Shown in pieces: positions 1 to 8,420 of a stretch of DNA of 64,000 nt; position 1 is the stretch's first letter, and each line of letters starts with the position of its first letter. Both the position numbers and the translations under genes were made by a program. The stretch comes from an uncultured Alphaproteobacteria bacterium (GTDB lineage: Bacteria > Pseudomonadota > Alphaproteobacteria > Sphingomonadales > Sphingomonadaceae): assembly GCA_963722545.1 (NCBI GenBank), contig CAVRMK010000001.1:94391-158390 (forward strand), read 5' to 3'. The notes beneath the pieces were generated by a model that was not told where the DNA came from, searched no databases, and saw only the letters and a program-made list of their open reading frames with translations.

Positions 1-5
1 ATGTC

Positions 6-767
6 ATGCGCACCATCATTCTGACGGGACTTCTGCTCGCCGCCGTGCCCGTTCCGGCGATCGCCGCCCAGGCTCCGGCCGCCAGTGTCGAGGCCGCAGT
101 CGCCTCGCCCGAGCGCAGCGCCGACAACGTCAAGCTCGACGCCTCGCGCAAGCCGGCCGCGGTGCTCCAATTCCTCGGACTGCAGCGCGGCGCGCAGGTC
201 ATCGATATGTTCGGTGGCAACCGCTATTGGGCGGAGATCATCGCCCCGGCCGTCGGCCCCGAGGGCATGGTCGTCGTCTGGCAGCCAAGGCAGTTCATGG
301 GTCCCAAGATCAAGGCGGCGTTCGACGAATTCGCGGCCAAGCAGGGCAATGTCCTGTTGATTTCGACCCCATTCGAAAATCCGCTGCTCGGCGTGAATCG
401 CTACGACTTCATGCTGATGAATCTCGATTATCACGACGTCTATTGGCAGAGCACCGAGCGCAAGATTCCGAGGATGGATCCAGCGGTGTGGCTGAGCGCG
501 CTTCACGCGGCGATGAAGCCCGGCGCGACGATCGGAATCATCGACCATGTCGCCAATCCCGGCGGCGACACCCGCGAGGTGGTCGAGAAGTTGCACCGGA
601 TCGATCCGGCGGTGGTCAAGGCCGATTTCGAGCGGGCCGGCTTCGTCCTCGAGGCCGAGAGCGACATCTTGCGCAACCCGGCCGACGACCATAGCCTGCT
701 GGTGTTCGACCCGAACATCCGCGGCAAGACCGACCGCTTCGTCTTCAAGTTCCGCAAGGTCCGCTAG
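6..767 (+). CDS. Exported class I SAM-dependent methyltransferase-like protein
   Basis: 253-aa ORF with signal peptide; D-x-x-R-K-P and VIDMFGGNRYW SAM-motif-like region; YHD, IIDH and IRGKTDRF motifs typical of this predicted methyltransferase family. Confidence 0.8.
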   Translation: MRTIILTGLLLAAVPVPAIAAQAPAASVEAAVASPERSADNVKLDASRKPAAVLQFLGLQRGAQVIDMFGGNRYWAEIIAPAVGPEGMVVVWQPRQFMGPKIKAAFDEFAAKQGNVLLISTPFENPLLGVNRYDFMLMNLDYHDVYWQSTERKIPRMDPAVWLSALHAAMKPGATIGIIDHVANPGGDTREVVEKLHRIDPAVVKADFERAGFVLEAESDILRNPADDHSLLVFDPNIRGKTDRFVFKFRKVR

Positions 768-839
768 CCCGATCCGCCGGCAGGGGAACCGCCCTAGACG
801 ATAGACAAGACGCTTCGACCCTGCCTAGGCAGGCCGACG

Positions 840-2133
840 ATGCCCGCCGAGAACTCCGCCGCCCCGCGAGCCAAGCCCCGCGGCTTCATGGCCGCCTATT
901 GGGCTTTATTCGCATTGCTTCTCGGCCTGGCGATCGGGGCCATGTCGGGCGGAATCGACGCCGCCGTGCGCGACAGCCTGCTCGGAGTTGCGGAATTTGT
1001 CGGCGGGCTGTGGCTGAACGCCCTCAAGATGACCGTCATTCCGCTGGTCGTCGCCTTGCTGGTCACCGGCATTGCGCAGAGCGCCGAGGCTGCGCGCGGC
1101 GGAGCAATCGCCGCTCGCACCGTTCTGTGGGCGGTCATCATCTGCACAGCCTCGGCGATCGTCGGCGCGCTGCTTGTGATGCTGTTGACTGGAGTTCGCG
1201 CCGCTCGGACGTGAAACTGCCCAGCTGCTGCAGGAGGCCCTGGGGCGGATCGAACAGCCGTCCAGCGGGCCGCTCCCATCCATCGCCGACTTCTTCAAGG
1301 GCGTCATCCCGCCCAACGTGGCGGCAGCGGCGACCAACGGGGACATTCTTCCGCTGGTCGTCTTTACCTTGCTATTCGCGCTCGCCCTGACGCGCATAAA
1401 AAGTGAGCATCGCCGCACGGTGGTCGGCTTCTTCGAAGCGGTCGGCGAGGCGTTGCTGGTCATCATCGCGTGGGTGCTTTGGGTCGCGCCCGTCGGTGTC
1501 TTCGCCTTGGCGCTGACGGTGGGGGCAGCGGCGGGTGGATCGGCCTTCACCGGCCTCGGCCATTATGTCCTCACCATTTCCGTCATCGGCGTCGTCGTGA
1601 CGGTCGCGGCCTATCCGTTCGCGGTCGTGGCGGGGCGCGTCCCTTTGGCTCGCTTTACGCGAGCGATGATCGCGCCCCAGGCCGTGGCGATCTCGACCCG
1701 CTCGTCGCTTGCCTCGCTTCCGGCGATGCTGGAGGCGGCCATGGCAATGGGCGTGCGCGAGCGGACTGCCGACGTCGCCCTTCCAATCGCGGTCGCCTTG
1801 TTCCGGGCGACTGGACCGGCGATGAATACGGCGGTTGCTTTCTACGTCGCGCACTGGCTCGGGCTCGAGCCTAGCTCGGGGCAGATGATTGCTGCCGTCG
1901 CGGTCGGTGCGGTGATGAGTTACGGGGCGGTCAGCCTTCCAGGTGAGATCAGCTTCATCAGCTCGATCGCACCGATCGCCATGGCGCTGGGCGTTCCAAT
2001 CGCGCCGCTTGCTTTGCTCGTTGCAGTGGAAATGGTGCCCGACATCTTCCGAACCGTCGGCAATGTGACGATGGACGTCGCGGTCACGACAGTCGTCGAC
2101 CACGGCGTGGACGCCGAGGCCTCCCCAAGCTGA
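840..2133 (+). CDS. Dicarboxylate/amino acid:cation symporter (apparent +1 frameshift near 1197)
   Basis: ORF 840..1214 (WLNALKMTVIPLV) and ORF 1318..2133 (STRSSLASLP, DIFRTVGNVTMD) join into one symporter if one base near 1197 is removed. Confidence 0.85.
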
Positions 2134-2354
2134 ACGCCATATGACCCGGTCGCCCTCAAGCTGAACAGCGGATGACCCCGTTCGTCGGTTGATCGGGCTT
2201 TCGACCCACTTCCGTCGGCTTGGCGACTCGGGCAGCGCGCGTGTCGAACTTGCCGCGACTTCGCGTTCCTAAGCGCCCATTTTGCATCTGCGGCGCGGGG
2301 CTCCCCCTTGGTGCAAAGACGCGCCTCGCGCCGCAACCCATAGGAGTCCCCACG

Positions 2355-2444
2355 ATGAAGACCTTGATGTTTCTCGCTGCTTTGTTCGTCTCGACGGGCC
2401 TGCTCGTCCCGACGGTCAGCGTTGCCCAGCCGCTGTTCTTCTGA
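2355..2444 (+). CDS. 29-aa small protein resembling a signal peptide (MKTLMFLAALFVSTGLLVPTVSVAQPLFF)
   Basis: ATG at 2355 preceded by TAGGAG (2341-2346) and a GC-rich 5' hairpin (2289-2335); n/h/c-region layout. Confidence 0.6.
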   Translation: MKTLMFLAALFVSTGLLVPTVSVAQPLFF

Positions 2445-2453
2445 GGCGCGCGA

Positions 2454-3200
2454 TCAGCGGCCGGCGATCGCCCGGACCCGATCGGCGTAGAGCCGGCCAA
2501 CCGGCTGCTCCTCGCCGTCCTTGAGCCGGGCGATCCAGCGGCCCGACGGGTTGCGCGAAAAGCCGGCAATGAAATCCTTGCGGACGATCGCCGAGCGGTG
2601 CAGCCGGACGAACAGCTCGGGATCGAGCCCTTCCTCCAGCGCCGACATCGAATGATGGATTAGCCAGCTGCGCCGGCCGACGTGGAGGCGCATATAATCG
2701 CGCTCGGCCGACACGCGGTCGATGTCGCGCGCCGCGATGCGAACCAGACCCGATAGATCCGACGCCCAGAACTCCTCGAGCCACTGCGTAGCGCGCTCTT
2801 CCCTCGGGCCAGGCTGGCGTCGCTCGAGATAGGCACGCGCGCGCTCGATCGCGCGGGTCAGCCGCGCCGGATCGACCGGCTTCATCAGATAGTCGACCGC
2901 CTCGACCTCGAACGCCGCAACCGCGAACTGGTCGAAGGCGGTGACGAAGACGACCGCGGGCGCCGGGTCGAGCGCCGCGAGCGAGCGCGCCACCCCGATG
3001 CCGTCGAGTCCGGGCATGGCGATGTCGAGCAGCAGAAGGTCGGGCTTCAATGCGGTTGCGAGGTTGATCGCCGATTCGCCGTCGCTCGCGGTGCCAACGA
3101 GTTGCGCCTCGTCGATCCGAGCCAGCAACAGCTGGAGTCGCTCGGCGGCGAGCGGCTCATCATCGGCGATGAGAACCTTGAGGGCCTTCGTCTCAGTCAT
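2454..3200 (-). CDS. LytTR-family response regulator
   Basis: Receiver domain (IADDEPLA, LLDIAMP, FVTAF, DYLMKP) plus LytTR domain (FVRLHRSAIV). Confidence 0.95.
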   Translation of the reverse strand: MTETKALKVLIADDEPLAAERLQLLLARIDEAQLVGTASDGESAINLATALKPDLLLLDIAMPGLDGIGVARSLAALDPAPAVVFVTAFDQFAVAAFEVEAVDYLMKPVDPARLTRAIERARAYLERRQPGPREERATQWLEEFWASDLSGLVRIAARDIDRVSAERDYMRLHVGRRSWLIHHSMSALEEGLDPELFVRLHRSAIVRKDFIAGFSRNPSGRWIARLKDGEEQPVGRLYADRVRAIAGR

Positions 3201-4425
3201 GGGTTTCCGCCGGGATGGTGAGCGAAACCTTGAACCCGCCGCCGTTCATCGGCCCGAAACGGCAAGTCGCGCGCGAGCCGAAACGGGCGTCGAGGCGCTG
3301 GCAGACGTTGGACAGGCCGACGCCGGTGCCCTCGTGGGTCGCTGCCGGGAGCATGATGGTCCCGCCACTCTTGAGCCAGTTGCTGACCTCGACCTGCATC
3401 CGCCCGTCGCCGGCGCGCTTGGCCGCGATCCGGATGACCACCGTCTTGCGGCTCTTGGACACGCCATATTTGATCGCATTCTCGACGATCGGCTGGAGGA
3501 TGAGCGCTGGGAGGCGCGCAGTCTCGAGCTCTTCGGGCACCTCGATCTCGACCTGAAGGCGGTCGGGGAAGCGCGCCTTTTCGATGTCGAGATAGAGCCG
3601 CTGGAGCTCGATCTCCTCGGCCAGGGTGACGTCGGCACCGGGGTCGAGCGAAAGGCTGGTTCGAAAGAAGGTCGAGAGCGCGAGGAGCATGGTTTCGGCA
3701 CGGTCGGTGCGGCCGGTCATGACCAGCGACGACAGGCTGTTCAGCGTGTTGAACAGGAAGTGCGGGTTGACCTGGTAGCGCAGTGCCCTGACCTGGGCCG
3801 CCTGGGCCGCGCTTTCCGCGTCCGCCAGCCGGCGCTGCACGGTCAGTGCCTTTTGGTGCGATTGAAAGGCGAGATAATAAGCGCTCCAGGCGAGGAAGAA
3901 GAACAGCCAGACGACGGCCATGTCCGCGCCCCAGCGGACCTTCTTCATCACTTCGGCCTCGCTGACCTTGGGCAGGGTCATGACCAGCGGCGCTTGCGAA
4001 GTCCGCTCGATCCGGATCGTGCTGCCCTTCTCGACGATCGTGAATCCTTCGCGGGCCTGGTAGCGAAACTCCTCCTTGCTCTCGCGGAAGTAATCATCCG
4101 TCAGGATCAGGGTCGTGCTCATCAGCGCGGAGGCAAGGATCGAGGCGGCGCCCGCGACCACCGCCTTGCGGCGGATCGTCCGGCCGCCGGCGAATTGGAC
4201 GATCGCTCCATAGACCGCGAAGGTAAAGACGATCCCGATTGCGACGACCATGAGCTTGTTGGTCAGCGTGGTCAGCGGGTCGGTCCCCAGGAACGCGCGC
4301 ACGACCACCGTCAGGGCGTAGAAGATCCAGAAGCCGAAGATCGACTTGGTTGCGAACTTCCAGTCCGAGAAGCGGGTTTTCGCCTTTTGCGGCGGCATCA
4401 TGAGCATTGCGTCCTCTTGGCTCAA
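3193..4425 (-). CDS. LytS-type membrane sensor histidine kinase
   Basis: TM helices; ALRYQVNPHFLFNTLN, LQPIVENAIKYG and GVGLSNV motifs; overlaps the LytTR gene start; exact start codon uncertain. Confidence 0.93.
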   Translation of the reverse strand: MSQEDAMLMMPPQKAKTRFSDWKFATKSIFGFWIFYALTVVVRAFLGTDPLTTLTNKLMVVAIGIVFTFAVYGAIVQFAGGRTIRRKAVVAGAASILASALMSTTLILTDDYFRESKEEFRYQAREGFTIVEKGSTIRIERTSQAPLVMTLPKVSEAEVMKKVRWGADMAVVWLFFFLAWSAYYLAFQSHQKALTVQRRLADAESAAQAAQVRALRYQVNPHFLFNTLNSLSSLVMTGRTDRAETMLLALSTFFRTSLSLDPGADVTLAEEIELQRLYLDIEKARFPDRLQVEIEVPEELETARLPALILQPIVENAIKYGVSKSRKTVVIRIAAKRAGDGRMQVEVSNWLKSGGTIMLPAATHEGTGVGLSNVCQRLDARFGSRATCRFGPMNGGGFKVSLTIPAETHD

Positions 4426-4515
4426 AAAATCGCCCGTGAATACCGCCTCCCGCCCGTTGGCAGAAACGCCTTCGTCGCCGGTCGAAAGTTGGCCGCGTCG
4501 AACCTGCCGGGATGC

Positions 4516-4540
4516 GGAACGGCCCCATCGCTCGCTCGTT
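4516..4540 (+). promoter_or_regulatory. EcfG (general stress sigma factor) promoter
   Basis: GGAAC-N16-CGTT, 33 bp upstream of the GTG at 4573. Confidence 0.75.
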
Positions 4541-4572
4541 GCTGCGACGAACCAAGAACGGAGGACGATGCC

Positions 4573-4785
4573 GTGACCGATTCCCCCGACCCCAAGCGCC
4601 CGCCGCCGGTTCTGTCGAAGGAACCCGATCGAGACCTCGAACGCAGGTTGCGCAAGAACCCCGACAATCTCGACGCCAAGGCTGACGTCGGAAGCGACGA
4701 ATCGATGGACGCGTCCGACCCCTCATCTGCGACGCAGCCCGGCCAGAATGACAAGCCGGTGCCCTCGTCGGGCTTCCCCGATTGA
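4573..4785 (+). CDS. 70-aa acidic, hydrophilic hypothetical protein (likely stress-induced)
   Basis: GGAGG RBS then GTG; DVGSDESMDASDP motif; EcfG promoter upstream. Confidence 0.7.
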   Translation: MTDSPDPKRPPPVLSKEPDRDLERRLRKNPDNLDAKADVGSDESMDASDPSSATQPGQNDKPVPSSGFPD

Positions 4786-4971
4786 AGGCAAAAGGGCGCC
4801 AAATCCTTGGCGTGGCACGAAATCAACAATCCACAGTTTTCGGGCAACAGGTCAATTTCTGGCCTTGATGCGCGGACTCCCCTCTGATTCAATCCTGAAT
4901 GGGGGGTGGGAATGCGGTTAAGTCATTCGAAACCATAGGGGCCGCATTATCCACCACGGCAATAAGGAGTC

Positions 4972-5529
4972 GTGGGCATGATCACTCGTACAAGCCAGCC
5001 ACCGAGCGGCGCGATGCTGATCAATGAGATGAAGGAGTTCGCCGGGTTCGAGAAGGCGACGCAGCGCTATATCCGGCGCTCGCTCGACGTCGCCTACGGA
5101 CGCCGCGACCCGATCGAATGCTGGGCCCGCGACGAATGCGAGGCGGTGTCGATCCGTGCTCAGGCGCGGCTGTACAAGCAGCTCGACCATCTTCGGCTCC
5201 AGGTTCCCGACGACAGCGGGCTCGACATGATCGAGCCGTTCATGGGCATGCTGATCACTCTGTCGGCCTTCGATCTCGGCCAGGAGCGGCTTCCCGAATT
5301 TTCGTCCTACCGCTTCCTTTACGAGCGGCTGCTCGGCGCCGCGGCGCGGCCGTGGCTCCCGTCGGCCTTCTGCTCGGCGGCGGCGCTGCCGCACCTGCAT
5401 CCCGATCGCCGGAGGATCCTGCTCCAGTCGATCAGCGAGAGCGCTGCGACGGCGCCGGGCTGGTCGAGCCGCGAGCCGGTGTTCTGGCCGGAGTGGGTCG
5501 AAAAGGTCGACGTCCAGACCGCGGCCTAA
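4972..5529 (+). CDS. Hypothetical cytoplasmic protein (185 aa)
   Basis: AAGGAG RBS and host-like codon usage; no recognisable domain. Confidence 0.75.
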   Translation: MGMITRTSQPPSGAMLINEMKEFAGFEKATQRYIRRSLDVAYGRRDPIECWARDECEAVSIRAQARLYKQLDHLRLQVPDDSGLDMIEPFMGMLITLSAFDLGQERLPEFSSYRFLYERLLGAAARPWLPSAFCSAAALPHLHPDRRRILLQSISESAATAPGWSSREPVFWPEWVEKVDVQTAA

Positions 5530-6014
5530 GCCGGGGCTTTCACCGACGGGAATATCTCGGCAAGCTGCCGGAGGCTGTCCTTCGCATTGACGTGATGGAT
5601 GAAGCGCACCCCGTGCGCCTCATAGGCCGCGCGGTGGTTCTCGCGGTCGTCGACCAGCACGTCGCCCGGGTCCATGAAGCGATGCTTGTCGCGGGCCATG
5701 CAGGTGATCACCGGGACTCCGGGAAAATGCTCCTCGGCCCAAGCGACCTTCTGCGGAGCGGCCCATTTGCCGAGCGGGAGACCGGTGAGGATGGTCGGGT
5801 GGAGATGCACGACCGCGTCGTAGAGCTCGCGCGCGTCGGGCATCAGCGGCAGCTTCGCGTAGAAATCGGGCGCCTTTGCGAGCCGGCCCCAGAAGGCGCC
5901 GCGCGAATGGCGCCTTTCATATTCGCGAGCGCTCATTCCGAGCAGCTTTGCAGCGCCCGAATCGAAGTCGGCGAGAACTCCGTCGCAATCGAGGAACAGG
6001 CGCGGCTGGCCCAT
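5526..6014 (-). CDS. HAD-family 5'(3')-nucleotidase-like phosphatase
   Basis: LFLDCDGVLADF motif I, ILTG motif II, K, and LVDDR motif IV. Confidence 0.85.
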   Translation of the reverse strand: MGQPRLFLDCDGVLADFDSGAAKLLGMSAREYERRHSRGAFWGRLAKAPDFYAKLPLMPDARELYDAVVHLHPTILTGLPLGKWAAPQKVAWAEEHFPGVPVITCMARDKHRFMDPGDVLVDDRENHRAAYEAHGVRFIHHVNAKDSLRQLAEIFPSVKAPA

Positions 6015-6015
6015 T

Positions 6016-6402
6016 TCAGAAGCGCGCCGGGGTCAAAGTGACCGGGATCGGACGGTCGAACGCCTGCCAACCCTGTTCCTTGAGCACGTCATTGCTCTCC
6101 TTGGCGCGGCGGCCGGGCCCGAGCGACCAGGTGATATGGTAGGTCGAGCCGTCGGGCCGTTCGGTCGTGCCGTCGATCGTCACCACCATCGCCTCGACCC
6201 CGGCACCGTCGTCGGCGTGGCCGACGATCTCCGCGCGGACGTCATCGGGTAGCTCGTTGCCGCCGACCTCAAGCGTGACATGGTCGGCGACGGCCTCGCC
6301 GTAGCTTGGCGGATGGTCGCGCAGCAGCGTCTCACGCTCGCCGCGATCGAGCTTCCATCCGGTGACGTTTCCGGAACCGGCCATGCCAGCCTCGACTCTC
6401 AA
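6016..6402 (-). CDS. Small 2H-phosphoesterase-like protein
   Basis: Two H-x-T motifs (DHVTL, YHITW); alternative ATG at 6384; coupled to both neighbours. Confidence 0.6.
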   Translation of the reverse strand: MRVEAGMAGSGNVTGWKLDRGERETLLRDHPPSYGEAVADHVTLEVGGNELPDDVRAEIVGHADDGAGVEAMVVTIDGTTERPDGSTYHITWSLGPGRRAKESNDVLKEQGWQAFDRPIPVTLTPARF

Positions 6403-7808
6403 CCGGTGCGCAGGTTCCGGCCGCTGAGCCGCTCGAGCAGCTCGCGCGCGAATTCGCTTAGCGTGTCGTCGCGGGCGCCCATGATCAGGATCCGGTCGCC
6501 CTCGCGCGCCTCGGCGAGCAATGCCTCGCCGATCGCCCCGCGCTCGGGGATGTGGTCGGCCGTTCCGCCGCGCTCCGCGACTGCGGCGGCGAGCCAGTCG
6601 CTTCCGCGAGACTTGTCCGTCGTTCCGCCCTGATAGACCGGGTCGGGCAGGAACAGCCGGTGCTCGGGCCCAAGCCCTCGGGCCAGGCTCTCCGCCAGAT
6701 CTTCGCCCATCTTAGTGATCGGTCCGAAGCCGTGCGGCTGGAACATGACCAGCAGCCGGCCGGGCGAATCGCGCAGGGTGGCGAGAGTCGCGTCGATCTT
6801 GTCCGGATTGTGCGCGAAATCGTCGATTACCGTCACGCCGCCTGCGCTGCCGACCGTTTCGAGCCGCCGCTTCAATCCCTCGAAGCGCGCGATTGCGGCA
6901 ACCGAATCCTCGATCCGAACCCCAAGCGCATGAGCCGCGGCGATCGCTCCGAGCGCGTTCGAAGCATTGTGCCGCCCGGGAACCGCGAGTTCGACTGCAA
7001 AGCGCTCGCCCAGCGCCTCGAGCGCGAAGCTCGATCCGTCGGGGCGAGCTTCGTAGGACTTTCCCTGGAAGGGCGCGCCGGGGCTGTCGAAGCCGTAGCC
7101 GAGGAGCTTGTCCTCGGCGACGCTCTCGCCCAGCATCCGGGCCTCGGGGTCGTCGAGGTTGACGACTGTCTTCTTCGCGGAGGCAAGAAATCCCGCGAAC
7201 AAGGCGCGCAGTTCGGCCATCTCCTTATGGTCGAGGCTGATGTTGGTCAGGACCGCGACCTCGGGCCGGTAGAGCGCGATCGAGCCGTCGCTCTCGTCGA
7301 CCTCGCTGACGAACAGCTCGGGGTCGCCGACCAAGGCGCTTGCGAAGGGCGCCGACGGGGTCGCGAAATTCTTCATCACCGCGCCGTTCATCACCGTCGG
7401 CTGGCGGTGGCAAGCGTGGAGGATCCACCCGATCATCCCGGTCACCGTCGACTTGCCCGAGGTCCCGCCAATGGCGACGCTGCGCTGCGCATCGTTGAGT
7501 AGCCGGGCGAGGAATTGCGGCCGGGTCTGATGGTCGAGCCCTAATTCGCGGGCGCGGACGACGTCGGGCACCGTCTCCTCGACCGCGGCCGAGGTGACCA
7601 GCGTCATTCCCTTGGCCAGGCCGGAGCCGTCCTGCGGGAACAGCTGGATGCCCAGGCTCCGAAGATAATCGAATTTCTCGGGGGTTCGGCCTGCGTCGAG
7701 CGAGCGGTCGGAACCCGCGACCCGGCCGCCCGAGGCGCGCACGATCGACGCCAGCGGAAGCATTCCGCTGCCGCCAATTCCACTGAAGAAAACGGGCGAA
7801 TCAAACAT
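6399..7808 (-). CDS. Mur ligase family protein (MurC/Mpl-like)
   Basis: GIGGSGM, GSDR, GGTSGKSTVT, EVDESDG and DDFAHNP motifs. Confidence 0.9.
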   Translation of the reverse strand: MFDSPVFFSGIGGSGMLPLASIVRASGGRVAGSDRSLDAGRTPEKFDYLRSLGIQLFPQDGSGLAKGMTLVTSAAVEETVPDVVRARELGLDHQTRPQFLARLLNDAQRSVAIGGTSGKSTVTGMIGWILHACHRQPTVMNGAVMKNFATPSAPFASALVGDPELFVSEVDESDGSIALYRPEVAVLTNISLDHKEMAELRALFAGFLASAKKTVVNLDDPEARMLGESVAEDKLLGYGFDSPGAPFQGKSYEARPDGSSFALEALGERFAVELAVPGRHNASNALGAIAAAHALGVRIEDSVAAIARFEGLKRRLETVGSAGGVTVIDDFAHNPDKIDATLATLRDSPGRLLVMFQPHGFGPITKMGEDLAESLARGLGPEHRLFLPDPVYQGGTTDKSRGSDWLAAAVAERGGTADHIPERGAIGEALLAEAREGDRILIMGARDDTLSEFARELLERLSGRNLRTG

Positions 7809-7859
7809 GGGCGAGGCCCTATTGGCAGATGGCGAGATTGGCCAGCGGAAGGGTAGAAA

Positions 7860-8420
7860 TCAGCTGCAGCCCTCGTCGATCGGCGGGCCCGCTCGGGCGA
7901 TGCGCGCGGGCCTCGCGAGCGCCACGAAGCGCGCTTGATAGGAGGCGCTGTCGCAATCGATGCCGAGGCGGAACTCGTCGACCTGGAGCGACACGCGCTT
8001 GCGGACGTCGGCAACCTTTCCGGCGAGCAATGCCTTGCGTTCGGCCGCGCGGATGACCGCATCGGCGAGCTCTTCGCCATTGTCGAAATGGATCCGGATC
8101 TCGCTTCGCCGGGTCTTCCAATAAGGCAGCGTCCCGGCCTGGGATCGATCGGGAATGACGAAAGCTGTTAGGTTTCTCGGATCGATTGGAAGGTCGCAGT
8201 CGACTTCGCAGCGATAGATTAGCGTCCCGTTGAGGATAAACTCCCCGCTGAAGCTGCCGCGATGCTCCTCGATACCGGTGAAGGCGACTGGGCTGCTGGC
8301 CGGGACCACGAGTGCTTCGCCCTCGACATCGCTGAGCGGATATTCGGCCGCTTGCGGTGCGGCGGCGAGCGACAAGGCCGCGAGCGAGAGACCGAGGACC
8401 CGCGCGATCATTCTTTGCAC
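7860..8420 (-). CDS. Hypothetical exported protein
   Basis: Signal peptide and several Cys residues; overlaps the end of the upstream gene. Confidence 0.65.
   Translation of the reverse strand: MQRMIARVLGLSLAALSLAAAPQAAEYPLSDVEGEALVVPASSPVAFTGIEEHRGSFSGEFILNGTLIYRCEVDCDLPIDPRNLTAFVIPDRSQAGTLPYWKTRRSEIRIHFDNGEELADAVIRAAERKALLAGKVADVRKRVSLQVDEFRLGIDCDSASYQARFVALARPARIARAGPPIDEGCS

Noticed and set aside
4813-4830. TGGCACG as a sigma-54 promoter
   Set aside because: The -12 TTGC element is absent at the required spacing
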